Below, in pieces: positions 8,553-18,953 of a stretch of 64,000 nucleotides of DNA (positions are counted from its first letter, which is position 1; every line of letters begins with the position of its first letter). This stretch comes from Eubacteriales bacterium. GTDB lineage: Bacteria > Bacillota > Clostridia > Oscillospirales > CAG-382. The position numbers and the translations under genes were made by a program. The DNA is taken from contig JAZSNS010000017.1 of the NCBI GenBank assembly GCA_045536535.1, positions 15,940 through 79,939 of the forward strand, read 5' to 3'. The notes beneath the pieces were generated by a model that saw only the letters and a list, made by a program, of their open reading frames with translations, ran no database searches and had not been told where the DNA came from.

Positions 8553-10853
8553 TTGAAGCACATTTCGGTTGACAAGATACCCGATTCGGTGTCGTTATAT
8601 TTTGCAAACGAAGGCATCACGCAGGACGAGGTGCTTGTTTCTCTGCGCACTGATATGCTTTCCGACGGCAACCTTGGCGACGGATTTGTTTTCGTCTGCG
8701 CCGATAAAGTTGCCGTTGCCGAAGGAGTGATGGTTTTCACTTCGGTCCCCGGCGGTGCTTTCGGCGAAAAACGTCGTTTGGAAGAGTTCAGAGTTTCGCG
8801 TTTCGAAACCTTTGATATCGGCAAACTTGACGAGCCGAAAGCCGAACAACTGATTTCCACCGGCAGAGTCGTTGCCTCTTACGACGGCGAACAAACGCTT
8901 ATTTTCAACTTCACTTCCGCTCACAAACACGGAGCCGCCGTTTTCTGCCGCGCGGTCAACGACCTTAAAAAGAACGGCGAGATCAAACTTGAAGAATATT
9001 CGGGCGAGGATTACAAAAAACACGTCTGCCCGAGATGCGGCAAGCGCTATCCCGAAAAGGAACTTAAAATCTGTCCGAACTGTATGGACAGTGCGCGCCT
9101 TTTCAAACGCCTTTCAACGCTCTTTTTCCGTTATAAACGCTCGATGTTCATGGTTATCCTTGCGTTCGGCATGATCGCCGCGCTCGGAGTTGTAACGCCT
9201 TATATCTCCAATGAACTTCTTTATGACGATGTGCTTAACAACGTCGATTCAACGGCGATCGACGTTTTGAAGATAGTTCTTCTTATCGTCGCAGTGAGGT
9301 TGCTCTCGCTTGTGATAAACCTCATTTCGGGCGCGATAAGCTCCACCGTTGCGGCAAATGTGTCATATGACCTCAAAAAGATGATCTTCAACACGATCAG
9401 CGACCTTTCGCTCGGCTTTTTCACCAACCGTCAGACGGGCGGTCTTATGACGCAGGTAAATAACGACAGCATGACGCTTTATTGGTTCTTCTGCGACGGT
9501 TTTCCTTTCCTTGTGCTGAACATGCTCCAACTTGTGGTTATTGTTTGCGTTATGTTCTCGCAGAACCTTGTGCTTGCTCTTTACACTTTTATAACAATAC
9601 CCGTTTTCTTCCTTTCGTTCAAGGTTATATATAACAACTTCGGAAAACTCCATGCTAAATATTATTCAAAAGGCAGATCGTTCAATTCGCTCGTTTCCGA
9701 CGTTTTGAACGGTATGCGCGTTGTAAAATCCTTCTCTCGCGAGGAAGAGGAGATGCGACGGTTCGACGCGCGCAGCCGTGCTTCCGCCGATACTTTGCTC
9801 GAAATGGGCACTTTCGGCGCAAAGGTCTTCCCATATCTTCATTACCTTATCCGTATCGGCTCCTATGTTGTTTGGGGCGTCGGCGGTTGGCAGGTCATGA
9901 ATGCGACGGGCGATATGAGTTACGGCAGACTTATGGCGTTCATAGGTTATTTTTCCTTGATCTACGGCCCTATCGAACAGCTCGCTGACGTTTCAAACTG
10001 GTGGAGTGAGGCATCGAACGCGATCCAGCGTCTTTTCGAGATCCGTGATGCTCAACCCGATGTGCGCGAGTCCGAGACCCCGATCGTTCCGAAGGAATGC
10101 AAAGGCGAAGTTGAGTTCCGCGACGTTGCGTTTTCTTATGTTGAAAACCGAAAGGTTATCGATGGCGTCAGTTTTGATATCCCGGCCGGGACAACGCTCG
10201 GCATCGTCGGTCAGACGGGCGCGGGAAAGAGTACTCTCGCGAACCTTCTGACAAGGCTTTATGACGTCAAAGAGGGCGCGGTTCTCATTGACGGAGTCAA
10301 CATCAAAGACCTCCCGTTTTCCTATCTGCGCGAGAATATCGCGATCGTTTCACAGGAAACATATCTTTTCCGAGGGAGCATTCTCGAAAATATCCGCTAT
10401 GCCCGTCCCGATGCAACGAGGGAAGAGGTCATTATTGCGGCGAAGACTGCATCGGCTCACGATTTTATCGTTAAATATCCCGATGGATATAACACCGAGA
10501 TCGGGTTCGGGAAAAAAGAACTTTCGGGCGGTGAAAAACAAAGGATCTCTATCGCAAGAGCGTTGCTGCGCGATCCTAAAATTCTCATTCTTGACGAGGC
10601 AACCGCCGCGATGGATACCCAGACCGAGCGAAATATTCAAGCCGCGCTCGACCGGTTGACAAAGAACCGCACGACGGTCATCATCGCTCACCGTCTTTCG
10701 ACGCTGCGCGATGCCGATAAACTCATCGCTATCGAAAACGGACGTGTTGCCGAAAGCGGAACGGCGAACGAACTTTTAAAAGAAAAAGGCGTTTATTACA
10801 AACTTTATAAACTTCAAGCCGAAGCATTGAAAACCGTCGGTATCGGCGAATAA
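8553..10853 (+). CDS. ABC exporter half-transporter (TMD-NBD) with ~190-aa N-terminal extension containing a zinc ribbon
   Basis: TTG start with AAGGAAG RBS. Zinc ribbon CPRCGKRY..CPNC at about aa 160-178, six predicted TM helices, Walker A GQTGAGKST, signature LSGGEKQR, Walker B ILILDEAT. Confidence 0.9.
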   Translation: MKHISVDKIPDSVSLYFANEGITQDEVLVSLRTDMLSDGNLGDGFVFVCADKVAVAEGVMVFTSVPGGAFGEKRRLEEFRVSRFETFDIGKLDEPKAEQLISTGRVVASYDGEQTLIFNFTSAHKHGAAVFCRAVNDLKKNGEIKLEEYSGEDYKKHVCPRCGKRYPEKELKICPNCMDSARLFKRLSTLFFRYKRSMFMVILAFGMIAALGVVTPYISNELLYDDVLNNVDSTAIDVLKIVLLIVAVRLLSLVINLISGAISSTVAANVSYDLKKMIFNTISDLSLGFFTNRQTGGLMTQVNNDSMTLYWFFCDGFPFLVLNMLQLVVIVCVMFSQNLVLALYTFITIPVFFLSFKVIYNNFGKLHAKYYSKGRSFNSLVSDVLNGMRVVKSFSREEEEMRRFDARSRASADTLLEMGTFGAKVFPYLHYLIRIGSYVVWGVGGWQVMNATGDMSYGRLMAFIGYFSLIYGPIEQLADVSNWWSEASNAIQRLFEIRDAQPDVRESETPIVPKECKGEVEFRDVAFSYVENRKVIDGVSFDIPAGTTLGIVGQTGAGKSTLANLLTRLYDVKEGAVLIDGVNIKDLPFSYLRENIAIVSQETYLFRGSILENIRYARPDATREEVIIAAKTASAHDFIVKYPDGYNTEIGFGKKELSGGEKQRISIARALLRDPKILILDEATAAMDTQTERNIQAALDRLTKNRTTVIIAHRLSTLRDADKLIAIENGRVAESGTANELLKEKGVYYKLYKLQAEALKTVGIGE

Positions 10854-10901
10854 AACGCGTTCGGTTTTAACGGATTTAATTTGTATTTTTCAGAGGTCAA
10901 C

Positions 10902-11462
10902 ATGAACGACAATTTTCTTGATCTTGCGGAGGTCATCTATCTGACCGCCGAAAACACGCGTTTTTACGTTACGAAAAACGGATTTCCCGCGATGGAAGCG
11001 GTGATCCCCAAAATTTCCGACGATCTTGAAGAAAACAAGGACAAGACCCCCGTCAAGCAGGATCTCGGCAGAGTTTTCTTCCATCGTTGCTTCCCGTTTG
11101 AGACCCCCGATGAATATATCTCGGTGCTCAGTAAAGACGGCCGCGAATACGGAATGATCTTAAAGCTTTCCGAAATGCCCGACGAGGCTCAAAAGATAAT
11201 CCGCGCCGAACTTGACAGAAAATATCTCTGTCCGACGGTGGAAAAGATCTTTTCGCTCAAAGAAAAACTCGATTATTCTTTCTGGGAAGTCATGACGGAT
11301 AAAGGCAAAATGTCCTTTTCGATGCACGATACCTATCGCAACATCGCGCGCGTCGGCAACGGAATGTTGATTCTGACCGACGTTGACGGCAACCGTTTTC
11401 GTATTGACGACGTCTCGAAACTCGACAGAAAGAGTTTCAAAAAGATAGAACTTTATTTGTAA
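10902..11462 (+). CDS. DUF1854-like cytoplasmic protein
   Basis: 186 aa starting at ATG 10902 (AGAGG RBS). It lies between two ABC exporter genes. The pattern FFHRCFPFETPDEYISVL..GREYGMI..L....Q..I..EL.RKY..P.I..I....E.......W.V.TD.G...F......NI.......L.L.DVDGNRF.I.D...LD..S.K.IE.YL fits my recollection of DUF1854. Confidence 0.65.
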   Translation: MNDNFLDLAEVIYLTAENTRFYVTKNGFPAMEAVIPKISDDLEENKDKTPVKQDLGRVFFHRCFPFETPDEYISVLSKDGREYGMILKLSEMPDEAQKIIRAELDRKYLCPTVEKIFSLKEKLDYSFWEVMTDKGKMSFSMHDTYRNIARVGNGMLILTDVDGNRFRIDDVSKLDRKSFKKIELYL

Positions 11463-11549
11463 TAAAATCAGGTCCGTTGAAAATTTCAAAATTCAACAGA
11501 CTTCCGCTCTTCGTTTTTAACTTCAAAAAACATCGCCATTCGGAGAAAC

Positions 11550-13778
11550 ATGAAGATTTTCAAAAAAAAGCAAAAACCTTCTCCTTTTGCGCCCGTGATC
11601 GAGGCGCTCAAAAAAGAGTTGGGAACCGACCAAAAACCTTATACGTTCAATTACGACCTTTCGTTCGAAAACGGGAAGGCCTTTGGTGTTTGCGCTCTTT
11701 TTGAAGGAAAACTTTATTTCCGCGAAAAAGACAAAGACGAAACGAGAATCCTTCCGCTTTCTGAACTCGGAGAAATAAGATTTGTCGAAAACTGGGGTTG
11801 TGTTTCGCTTGAAAGCTCCAACGAAGACGGCGATTTTGAACTCTGCCGTGCCGAGATGCACCTTGCTCCGATCTTCCGAGCCGCCGCACAAAAACTCGAA
11901 GCCGAACGAAAAGGGGAGACCATTCCCGATCCCGAAGTTCCGAAATGTAAAAAATGCGGAAAACCTTTCCGGCGCGGAATGACGACCTGCGTCAAATGCA
12001 CCGACAAGAAAAAACTTTTCGCAAGGCTTATTCCTTACATGAAACCGCATCTTAAAACCCTTATTCTTGCGGGTTTGTGCCTTGTTTCGGTTTCGGTCAT
12101 CAGCCTTGTTTTGCCGATACTCAACAAACATATCATCAACGATTTTATCAACGCCTCGCCGATTCCCGAGGATAAAAGCGGTTTTATCTGGCTTGTCATC
12201 GGAATGGCGGTTCTGGGCTTGCTTTCGGCGGTTTTCGTTATGGCAAGGCGTTTGCTTATTGCAGGTGCATCGAGAGATATCTCGATCCGCATGCGTGAGG
12301 AGGTCTATCGGAAAATTCAGGAACTTTCGCTTTCGGGGCTCAACCGGAGAAGCGCGGGTGAACTTATCCAGCGCGTCGGTGTTGACACGGAGGTGCTTCG
12401 CGAATTTATCACATGGCTTGTGCCCAACCTTTTGCAGCAGGCGTTGACGTTGACCTCCATCGCGATCATGCTTTTGGTTATGAACTGGAAGTTGACTATC
12501 CTTGTAATAATTCCCATTCCTTTGCTTGTTGTTATGTTCAGGTTTTTGAACCGATTCACCCATCGCCTTTATCGCCGCCAATGGCAAATGGAAAGCGATG
12601 CGGGGTCGCTCATGCATGACGTTTTTTCGGGAATGCGTGTGGTTAAGACCTACGGAACGGAAAAGCGCGAGGAAGCGAAATTTGATAAAGCCGCAAAGCG
12701 TATTGCGGACATAAGCAAAAAGAACGAGCTTACCTGGAATATGATAATGCCCTTTGCTTCGTTCCTGCTGAGCATCGGTGAGTTTGCCGTGCTTTATTTC
12801 CTCGGACGCGAACTTATCGGCGAACCGTCGTTTATCACCTCGGGCACGGCAAATTATCAACTCGGTGATATGATGCAGTTCGTCAGTTACGTCGGATTGA
12901 TGTATGAACCGATACGCTGGATGTCGTCGATTCCGCGCCGTATCGCAAGAGCAACGACTTCGCTCGCAAAAATCGTTGAACTTCTTGACGAAAAATGCGA
13001 AATGGAACTGGCCGGCGAGGTTCTCGATGAGGTTCACGGCGATATCGAGTTCAAAAACGTAAGTTTCGGTTATAACGATGCCGAATATGTTCTTAAAAAC
13101 ATCGATTTGAAGATAAATCACGGCGAAATGGTCGGATTTGTCGGCAGGAGCGGCGTTGGCAAGACGACGGCGGCAAACCTTGCGTTGAGGCTTTATGACG
13201 TTTCCGAAGGTATGATAACCGTTGACGGAAAGGACGTTCGCGGTGTTGACCCGAATTCCTATCGCTCGAAAATCGGCGTCGTTTTGCAGGAGACCTTCCT
13301 TTTCAACGGCACTATCTATTCAAACATAGCCTATGCAAAAACGGGCGCGACGAGGGAAGAAGTCATTCGCGCCGCGAAACTTGCAAACGCGCATGAGTTC
13401 ATTATGAAGCAGCCCGACGGATATAACACCTATGTCGGTGACAAAGGCCACACCCTTTCGGGCGGCGAACGCCAGAGGATCGCTATCGCACGTGCGATCT
13501 TGCGTAATCCGCGCATTTTGATCCTTGACGAGGCAACCAGTTCGCTCGATACCGAAACCGAAAAGCAGATTCAGGAAGCGATCGCGCTTCTTTCGGGAGG
13601 ACGGACAACGATCGCCATCGCCCACAGACTTTCGACCCTTCGCAACGCGACGAAGATCGCCGTTTTTGAAAAGGGTTCGATCGAAGAAGTCGGCACGCAT
13701 GACGAATTGATGCGCAACGAGGGCAGATATTACCGCCTTGTTATGGCTCAACGCCAGGTCAATAAGTTGAAGAAATAA
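11550..13778 (+). CDS. ABC exporter half-transporter (TMD-NBD) with ~165-aa N-terminal extension containing a zinc ribbon
   Basis: [12 protein letters not shown] at about aa 133-150, six TM helices, Walker [26 protein letters not shown]. Confidence 0.9.
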   Translation: MKIFKKKQKPSPFAPVIEALKKELGTDQKPYTFNYDLSFENGKAFGVCALFEGKLYFREKDKDETRILPLSELGEIRFVENWGCVSLESSNEDGDFELCRAEMHLAPIFRAAAQKLEAERKGETIPDPEVPKCKKCGKPFRRGMTTCVKCTDKKKLFARLIPYMKPHLKTLILAGLCLVSVSVISLVLPILNKHIINDFINASPIPEDKSGFIWLVIGMAVLGLLSAVFVMARRLLIAGASRDISIRMREEVYRKIQELSLSGLNRRSAGELIQRVGVDTEVLREFITWLVPNLLQQALTLTSIAIMLLVMNWKLTILVIIPIPLLVVMFRFLNRFTHRLYRRQWQMESDAGSLMHDVFSGMRVVKTYGTEKREEAKFDKAAKRIADISKKNELTWNMIMPFASFLLSIGEFAVLYFLGRELIGEPSFITSGTANYQLGDMMQFVSYVGLMYEPIRWMSSIPRRIARATTSLAKIVELLDEKCEMELAGEVLDEVHGDIEFKNVSFGYNDAEYVLKNIDLKINHGEMVGFVGRSGVGKTTAANLALRLYDVSEGMITVDGKDVRGVDPNSYRSKIGVVLQETFLFNGTIYSNIAYAKTGATREEVIRAAKLANAHEFIMKQPDGYNTYVGDKGHTLSGGERQRIAIARAILRNPRILILDEATSSLDTETEKQIQEAIALLSGGRTTIAIAHRLSTLRNATKIAVFEKGSIEEVGTHDELMRNEGRYYRLVMAQRQVNKLKK

Positions 13779-13809
13779 AAAACATCACATAAATTCAGGA
13801 GAGTATTTT

Positions 13810-15216
13810 ATGAAGAACACCGAAAAAACAATGGACAAGCTCGTTGCGCTTTGCAAGGGCAGAGGCTTCATTTTCGCAGGCAGCGAAATCTATGGCGGCC
13901 TTGCAAACACTTGGGACTACGGCCCTCTCGGCGCAGAACTCAAAAATAACATCAAACGCGCTTGGTGGAAAAAATTTGTTCAGGAAAATCCTTATAACGT
14001 CGGTCTTGACGCAGCGATCCTCATGAACCCTCAGACATGGGTCGCTTCGGGACATCTCGGCGGATTTTCCGATCCGCTTATGGACTGCCGCGAATGTAAG
14101 GAACGCTTCCGCGCGGACAAACTTATCGAAGATTGGTGTGCCGAAAACGGTTACACTCTCGAAAAGCCGATCGACGCTTTCTCTCAGGCAGAAATGAAAG
14201 AGTTTGTCGAGGAGCATAACATCAAATGCCCGACCTGCGGCAAGCACAATTTTACCGATATCCGTCAATTCAACCTTATGTTCAAGACCTTCCAGGGTGT
14301 TACCGAGGATGCGAAAAACACAGTTTATCTCCGTCCCGAAACCGCTCAGGGTATTTTCGTTAACTTTGCGAACGTTCAGAGAACGACCCGCAAAAAACTC
14401 CCCTTCGGTATCGGTCAGATCGGCAAGAGCTTCCGTAACGAGATCACTCCCGGCAACTTCATTTTCCGTGTTCGCGAGTTCGAACAGATGGAACTTGAAT
14501 TTTTCTGCCAACCCGGCACCGACCTTGAATGGTTTGAATATTGGCGCGGATTTTGCCGCGATTGGTTGTTATCGCTCGGCATAAAAGAAGAAAATCTCCG
14601 TCTCCGTGACCATGATCCCGAAGAGCTTTGCTTCTATTCCAAAGCCACGACCGACTTTGAGTTCCTCTTCCCGTTCGGCTGGGGCGAGCTTTGGGGCGTT
14701 GCCGACAGAACCGATTATGACCTCACTCAGCATCAGAACACCTCGGGCAACGATCTGACCTATTTCGATCAGGAAAAGAACGAAAGATATATTCCTTACG
14801 TCATCGAGCCCTCGCTCGGCGTTGAACGCTCGGTCCTTGCCTTCCTCGTTGATGCTTATGACGAAGAAAACATCGGCAAAGACGGAAACGAAGATATCCG
14901 CACGGTTCTCCGCTTCCACCCCGCGCTTGCACCCTTCAAGGCAGCTGTTTTGCCGCTTTCCAAAAAGTTGGGCGACAAAGCGCATGAACTCGCAAACGAA
15001 CTTTGCAAATATTTCCCCTGTGATTATGACGAATCCGGCTCGATCGGCAAACGTTACCGCCGCGAGGACGAGATCGGCACACCGTTCTGTATCACCTATG
15101 ACTTCGATTCGCTCGAAGATAACTGCGTAACTATCCGCGACCGCGATACTATGGAACAGATAAGAATGCCGATTTCCGAAGTTCGCGCATATATCGAGGA
15201 AAAGATCAGATTTTAA
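13810..15216 (+). CDS. glyQS: Glycine--tRNA ligase (alpha2 homodimeric type)
   Basis: 468 aa. The N-terminus [28 protein letters not shown] and the motifs RPETAQGIF and FRNEITP are typical of GlyQS. Confidence 0.96.
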   Translation: MKNTEKTMDKLVALCKGRGFIFAGSEIYGGLANTWDYGPLGAELKNNIKRAWWKKFVQENPYNVGLDAAILMNPQTWVASGHLGGFSDPLMDCRECKERFRADKLIEDWCAENGYTLEKPIDAFSQAEMKEFVEEHNIKCPTCGKHNFTDIRQFNLMFKTFQGVTEDAKNTVYLRPETAQGIFVNFANVQRTTRKKLPFGIGQIGKSFRNEITPGNFIFRVREFEQMELEFFCQPGTDLEWFEYWRGFCRDWLLSLGIKEENLRLRDHDPEELCFYSKATTDFEFLFPFGWGELWGVADRTDYDLTQHQNTSGNDLTYFDQEKNERYIPYVIEPSLGVERSVLAFLVDAYDEENIGKDGNEDIRTVLRFHPALAPFKAAVLPLSKKLGDKAHELANELCKYFPCDYDESGSIGKRYRREDEIGTPFCITYDFDSLEDNCVTIRDRDTMEQIRMPISEVRAYIEEKIRF

Positions 15217-15276
15217 TCGTAACCGCGGAGCTCGTGATCTGCTCCCCTGCGGTGCATAAATTAAGGAAGTACAAAT

Positions 15277-16134
15277 ATGGAAAAAATAAATGTACTTGAA
15301 GCTATCAGCGAGCGGCTGAACCATTGCTCAAAAGGGCAAAGGAAAATCGGCGAGTATTTGCTTGAAAACTATGCAAATGCGTCATATATGACGGCGGCAA
15401 AACTGTCGGAAACGGTCGGCGTTTCGGAATCGACGATCGTTCGATATGCTACCGAACTCGGTTTTGACGGCTATCCCGAACTTCAAGCCGCGCTTAAATA
15501 TGCCGCGCGCAGCAAACTGACCTCGGTTCAAAGGCTTGAACTCTCCAAAAACCGAGGTGACGACAGCCTTGTGCGCAGTTTCGGTTCTGACATTGAGAGC
15601 ATAAAAAAGACTCTTGCCCAGACCGATCGTCAGTCGTTCGACGATTTTGTGAACGAACTCATGAATGCGAACCGAATTTATATCGTCGGCGCGAGAAGTT
15701 CGGCAAGCCTTGCGATTTTCATGAACTTTTATCTTTCGATTTTGTTCGATAACGTTCAGGTCGTTCATACCGTCATCGGGAGCGAGGCGTTTGACCAGAT
15801 GTTCCGCGTGAAAAAGGGCGACGTTGTGCTCGGAATCACCTTTCCGAGATATTCAAAACTCACGGTTGACGTGCTTGAATTTTCAAAACGCGCGGGTGCA
15901 ACGGTGCTCGGCCTGACCGACAGCATTCACAGCCCGATCGTGAAAACCGCCGATATAACGCTCTTTGCCGATAACGAAAGCGACACCTTTGTCGATTCGC
16001 TTGCCGCGCCGTTGACGCTCATCAATGCGCTGATTCTCGAAATCGGCAAACGCGACCCCGAACGCACTGCGAACCGTTTCGGAGTTCTTGAACGCATCTG
16101 GGCAGAAAACGAAGTTTATGACAATGATTTATGA
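15277..16134 (+). CDS. MurR/RpiR-family transcriptional regulator (HTH_6 + SIS domain)
   Basis: 285 aa. N-terminal HTH (SYMTAAKLSETVGVSESTIVRYATELGFDGYPELQ) followed by a SIS fold (IYIVGARSSASLA). Confidence 0.88.
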   Translation: MEKINVLEAISERLNHCSKGQRKIGEYLLENYANASYMTAAKLSETVGVSESTIVRYATELGFDGYPELQAALKYAARSKLTSVQRLELSKNRGDDSLVRSFGSDIESIKKTLAQTDRQSFDDFVNELMNANRIYIVGARSSASLAIFMNFYLSILFDNVQVVHTVIGSEAFDQMFRVKKGDVVLGITFPRYSKLTVDVLEFSKRAGATVLGLTDSIHSPIVKTADITLFADNESDTFVDSLAAPLTLINALILEIGKRDPERTANRFGVLERIWAENEVYDNDL

Positions 16135-17341
16135 TGTGATCGTCGTCGGAGGCGGTCCTGCGGGACTGTTTTCGGCATATAACGCCGCAGTCAACGGCAA
16201 AAACGTGCTTCTTTTGGAGAAGAACGACCGTTGCGGCAAAAAACTTGACATAACCGGCAAGGGCAGATGCAACGTTACGAACATGTGCTCGCGCGAGGAG
16301 TTTTTGCAAAACGTTATCGCGAACCCGCGATTTCTTATGAGCGCGATTTCGCGATTTTCGCCCGAAGATACTGTTGCCTTTTTTAAAAACGAGGGTGTTC
16401 CGACCAAGGTCGAGCGCGGCAACCGCGTTTTTCCTCAAAGCGACAGAGCGCATGATATCACAAACGCGCTTGTTTCCGTTTGTGAACGAGAGGGCGTTGT
16501 TATCAAACGCAAAAACGTTACGGCGCTGATGATTTCCGACGGAAAGATAAAAGGCGTCCGTTGCGGAAAAGAAGAAATTTTCGCTTCGTCGGTCATTCTC
16601 GCCGCAGGCGGTGCTTCCTATCCGCGCACAGGTTCCGACGGAAGCGGTCACAGACTTGCCGAAAGCGTCGGACATAACGTAACGGCAATAAGACCTTCGC
16701 TCGTTCCGCTTGTTTCAAAGGATAAACTCTGCCGTGACTGTATGGGCCTTTCGCTCAAAAACGTCGGCATCTCGTTTTACGGCAGTGATAAAAAACGGCT
16801 TTATCAGGAACAGGGCGAGATGATGTTCACCCATTTCGGTGTGACGGGCCCGGTGATTTTGTCGGCATCTTCTTATCTCAAAACCGATTATCCTTATGAG
16901 ATGTTTATCGATTTAAAACCTGCGCTCGATGAAAAAACGCTTGACAAACGGCTTCTGCGCGATTTTTCGGAAAACGCCAACCGCGAGCTCAAAAACGGAT
17001 TTTCCGCGCTTTTGCCGAGCAAACTTATCGAACCTTTCGTTAAACTGACGGGCATTCCGCCCGAAACACGTCTCAATTCGCTCACGAAAGAGCAAAGAAC
17101 GAAAATTCTGACGCTTATGAAGGCGTTGCCGATAAAGATCATCGGCACTCGCCCGATCGATGAAGCGATCGTGACCGGCGGCGGTGTTGATTGCCGCGAG
17201 ATCGATCCGAAAACGATGCAGTCAAAACTTGTCTCGGGGCTTTATTTTGCCGGTGAAGTTATCGACGTTGATGCCTACACGGGCGGATTCAATCTGCAAA
17301 TTGCTTTTTCGACGGCTTTTGTCGCAGGAAATTCGGTGTAA
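16118..17341 (+). CDS. HI0933/YhiN(BaiN)-like NAD(FAD)-dependent flavoprotein
   Basis: ATG at 16118 overlaps the rpiR-like stop by 17 nt. Motifs: MTMIYDVIVVGGGPAGL dinucleotide fold, GKGRCNVTN, YFAGEVIDVDAYTGGFNLQIAFSTA. Confidence 0.85.
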   Translation: MTMIYDVIVVGGGPAGLFSAYNAAVNGKNVLLLEKNDRCGKKLDITGKGRCNVTNMCSREEFLQNVIANPRFLMSAISRFSPEDTVAFFKNEGVPTKVERGNRVFPQSDRAHDITNALVSVCEREGVVIKRKNVTALMISDGKIKGVRCGKEEIFASSVILAAGGASYPRTGSDGSGHRLAESVGHNVTAIRPSLVPLVSKDKLCRDCMGLSLKNVGISFYGSDKKRLYQEQGEMMFTHFGVTGPVILSASSYLKTDYPYEMFIDLKPALDEKTLDKRLLRDFSENANRELKNGFSALLPSKLIEPFVKLTGIPPETRLNSLTKEQRTKILTLMKALPIKIIGTRPIDEAIVTGGGVDCREIDPKTMQSKLVSGLYFAGEVIDVDAYTGGFNLQIAFSTAFVAGNSV

Positions 17342-17380
17342 TATCGAAAAAAGATGAATTTTGTCGAAAGGGAGATTATA

Positions 17381-18865
17381 ATGACTTACAAAAGATTTTT
17401 TGTGCTTCTGATAGCATTTATGCTCCTTCTCACGTCATGCGGCGCGCCGAACGCGAGCGACAGCTCCGCGCCGAGCAAAGAAGACGGCAAAACCGAACAA
17501 AGCAAAGACGTTTCGGTCGAAACCTCTTTTGATAACGGAAACGGGGAAAGCTCGGATTCGTTGTTTGAAAATTCCGAAGATTCGGAGAAACCCGAAGATT
17601 CGGAGATATCGTCCGACGAAGACAGCGACGATCCGTCCGATGTCGGGGACGATCCCGAAAAAGATGACGAAACGGTCGAACCGACCGTTGATCCGAAGCC
17701 GAACGGATATAAACCGCTTAATTATGATTTTGTAAAAGCCGTCTGGCTGACTCAGTTTGACCTTTTCTCGGTTTACCGAAACGGAAGCGCGCAGAGAAGC
17801 CGAGAGAGTTTCACGGAACTCATGACCACAGTGCTTGATAACCTGAAAAAAGACGGTTATAATACGGTTTTCGTTCAGGTTCGTCCGAATGCCGACTCCT
17901 ATTATCCGAGCGAGTTCTATCCGATCTCTTATTACGTCAGCGGTGCCTACGGAAGAGAAAACATTTACGATCCTTTTGAGATCGTTGTCGATCTTGCCCA
18001 TGAACGCGGGTTGTCTGTGCATGCATGGTTGAACCCCATGCGCGCCATGAAAACGAATCAGATCACTTCCGTCCCCGATAAATATTATATCAAACAATGG
18101 TATGATGACGAAGAAAAAATGGGAAGATATCTCGTTGAGATCGACGGTCAGCTCTATTTAAATCCTGCCCATGAGGCGGTGCGCAACCTTATTTCCTGCG
18201 GCGCCGCCGAAGTCTGCTCGAAATATAACGTTGACGGCGTTCATATTGATGACTATTTCTATCCCACGACAGACAGCTCGTTTGACAGCGTTTCTTATTC
18301 CGAATATAAATCAAACGGCGGCACAAAATCGTTGGCGGAGTTTCGTTATGAGAACATCGACCTTATGGTCAGCTCGATGTATTCCGCGATAAAAGCCGTC
18401 AACGAAGAGCTTCTTTTCGGTGTCAGCCCCGAGGGAAATATCAACAACACATATAATCATTCCTATACCGACGTTTATAAATGGTGCTCCCAAAGCGGAT
18501 ATCTTGATTATATCTGTCCGCAGATCTATTTCGGGCTTGAACACCAGACTCATGATTTCAAAAAGATCTTCGGGGTCTGGAACGCGATCGTCAAGAACGA
18601 AAACATCCGCGTTTTCGTCGGAATGACGCTTGAAAAAGCCGATAAAGGCTTTGATAATTATGCGGGCAGCGGAAAGACCGAATGGGCGGACAACAAGAAC
18701 ATTTTGCAACGTTGTCTTGAATTTTTGAAAACCCAACCGTCTTGCAGCGGTGTTTCGCTGTTCAGTTATCAGTTCATGTATGATGCCTTGACGGGTGTTC
18801 CCGATGCCGAAACGAGAACCGAGCGTGATAACATGAAACCCGCGCTGGAAGCTCTCGGAAAATGA
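17381..18865 (+). CDS. Glycosyl-hydrolase-like family 10 (GHL10/YngK-like) lipoprotein
   Basis: ATG 17381 with AAGGGAG RBS. Lipobox LLLTSCG, an acidic Ser/Asp/Glu linker, then VKAVWLTQFD..YNTVFVQVRPNADSYYPS..HERGLSVHAWLNPMRA..VDGVHIDDYFYP. Confidence 0.75.
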   Translation: MTYKRFFVLLIAFMLLLTSCGAPNASDSSAPSKEDGKTEQSKDVSVETSFDNGNGESSDSLFENSEDSEKPEDSEISSDEDSDDPSDVGDDPEKDDETVEPTVDPKPNGYKPLNYDFVKAVWLTQFDLFSVYRNGSAQRSRESFTELMTTVLDNLKKDGYNTVFVQVRPNADSYYPSEFYPISYYVSGAYGRENIYDPFEIVVDLAHERGLSVHAWLNPMRAMKTNQITSVPDKYYIKQWYDDEEKMGRYLVEIDGQLYLNPAHEAVRNLISCGAAEVCSKYNVDGVHIDDYFYPTTDSSFDSVSYSEYKSNGGTKSLAEFRYENIDLMVSSMYSAIKAVNEELLFGVSPEGNINNTYNHSYTDVYKWCSQSGYLDYICPQIYFGLEHQTHDFKKIFGVWNAIVKNENIRVFVGMTLEKADKGFDNYAGSGKTEWADNKNILQRCLEFLKTQPSCSGVSLFSYQFMYDALTGVPDAETRTERDNMKPALEALGK

Positions 18866-18891
18866 ACCGAAAAAGAAAAAACAGATAAAAC

Positions 18892-18925
18892 AAAAAAGAA
18901 AGGTTCAAAAAACCTTTCTTTTTTT
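18892..18925. terminator. Bidirectional intrinsic terminator
   Basis: agaaaggtt-caaaa-aacctttct, flanked by an A-run and a T-run, between convergent genes. Confidence 0.75.
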
Positions 18926-18953
18926 ATGTTTTCGCGAACAAAATCGGGAGTTC

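Noticed and set aside
8553-13778. The ABC pair interpreted as a bacteriocin or lantibiotic export system.
   Set aside because: There is no C39 peptidase domain, no precursor-peptide-like small ORF, and no modification or immunity gene nearby. The N-terminal extensions are Zn-ribbon-containing, not protease-like.
13779-13809. T-box leaders or other riboswitches upstream of the five aminoacyl-tRNA synthetase genes (glyQS, leuS, argS, hisS, aspS).
   Set aside because: The upstream gaps are 31 nt (glyQS), an overlap with rsfS (leuS), 126 nt (argS), 30 nt (hisS) and 1 nt (aspS). These are too short for a 200-300-nt T-box. I found no specifier-loop or T-box (AANNNGGGTGGTACCGCG-like) sequence.
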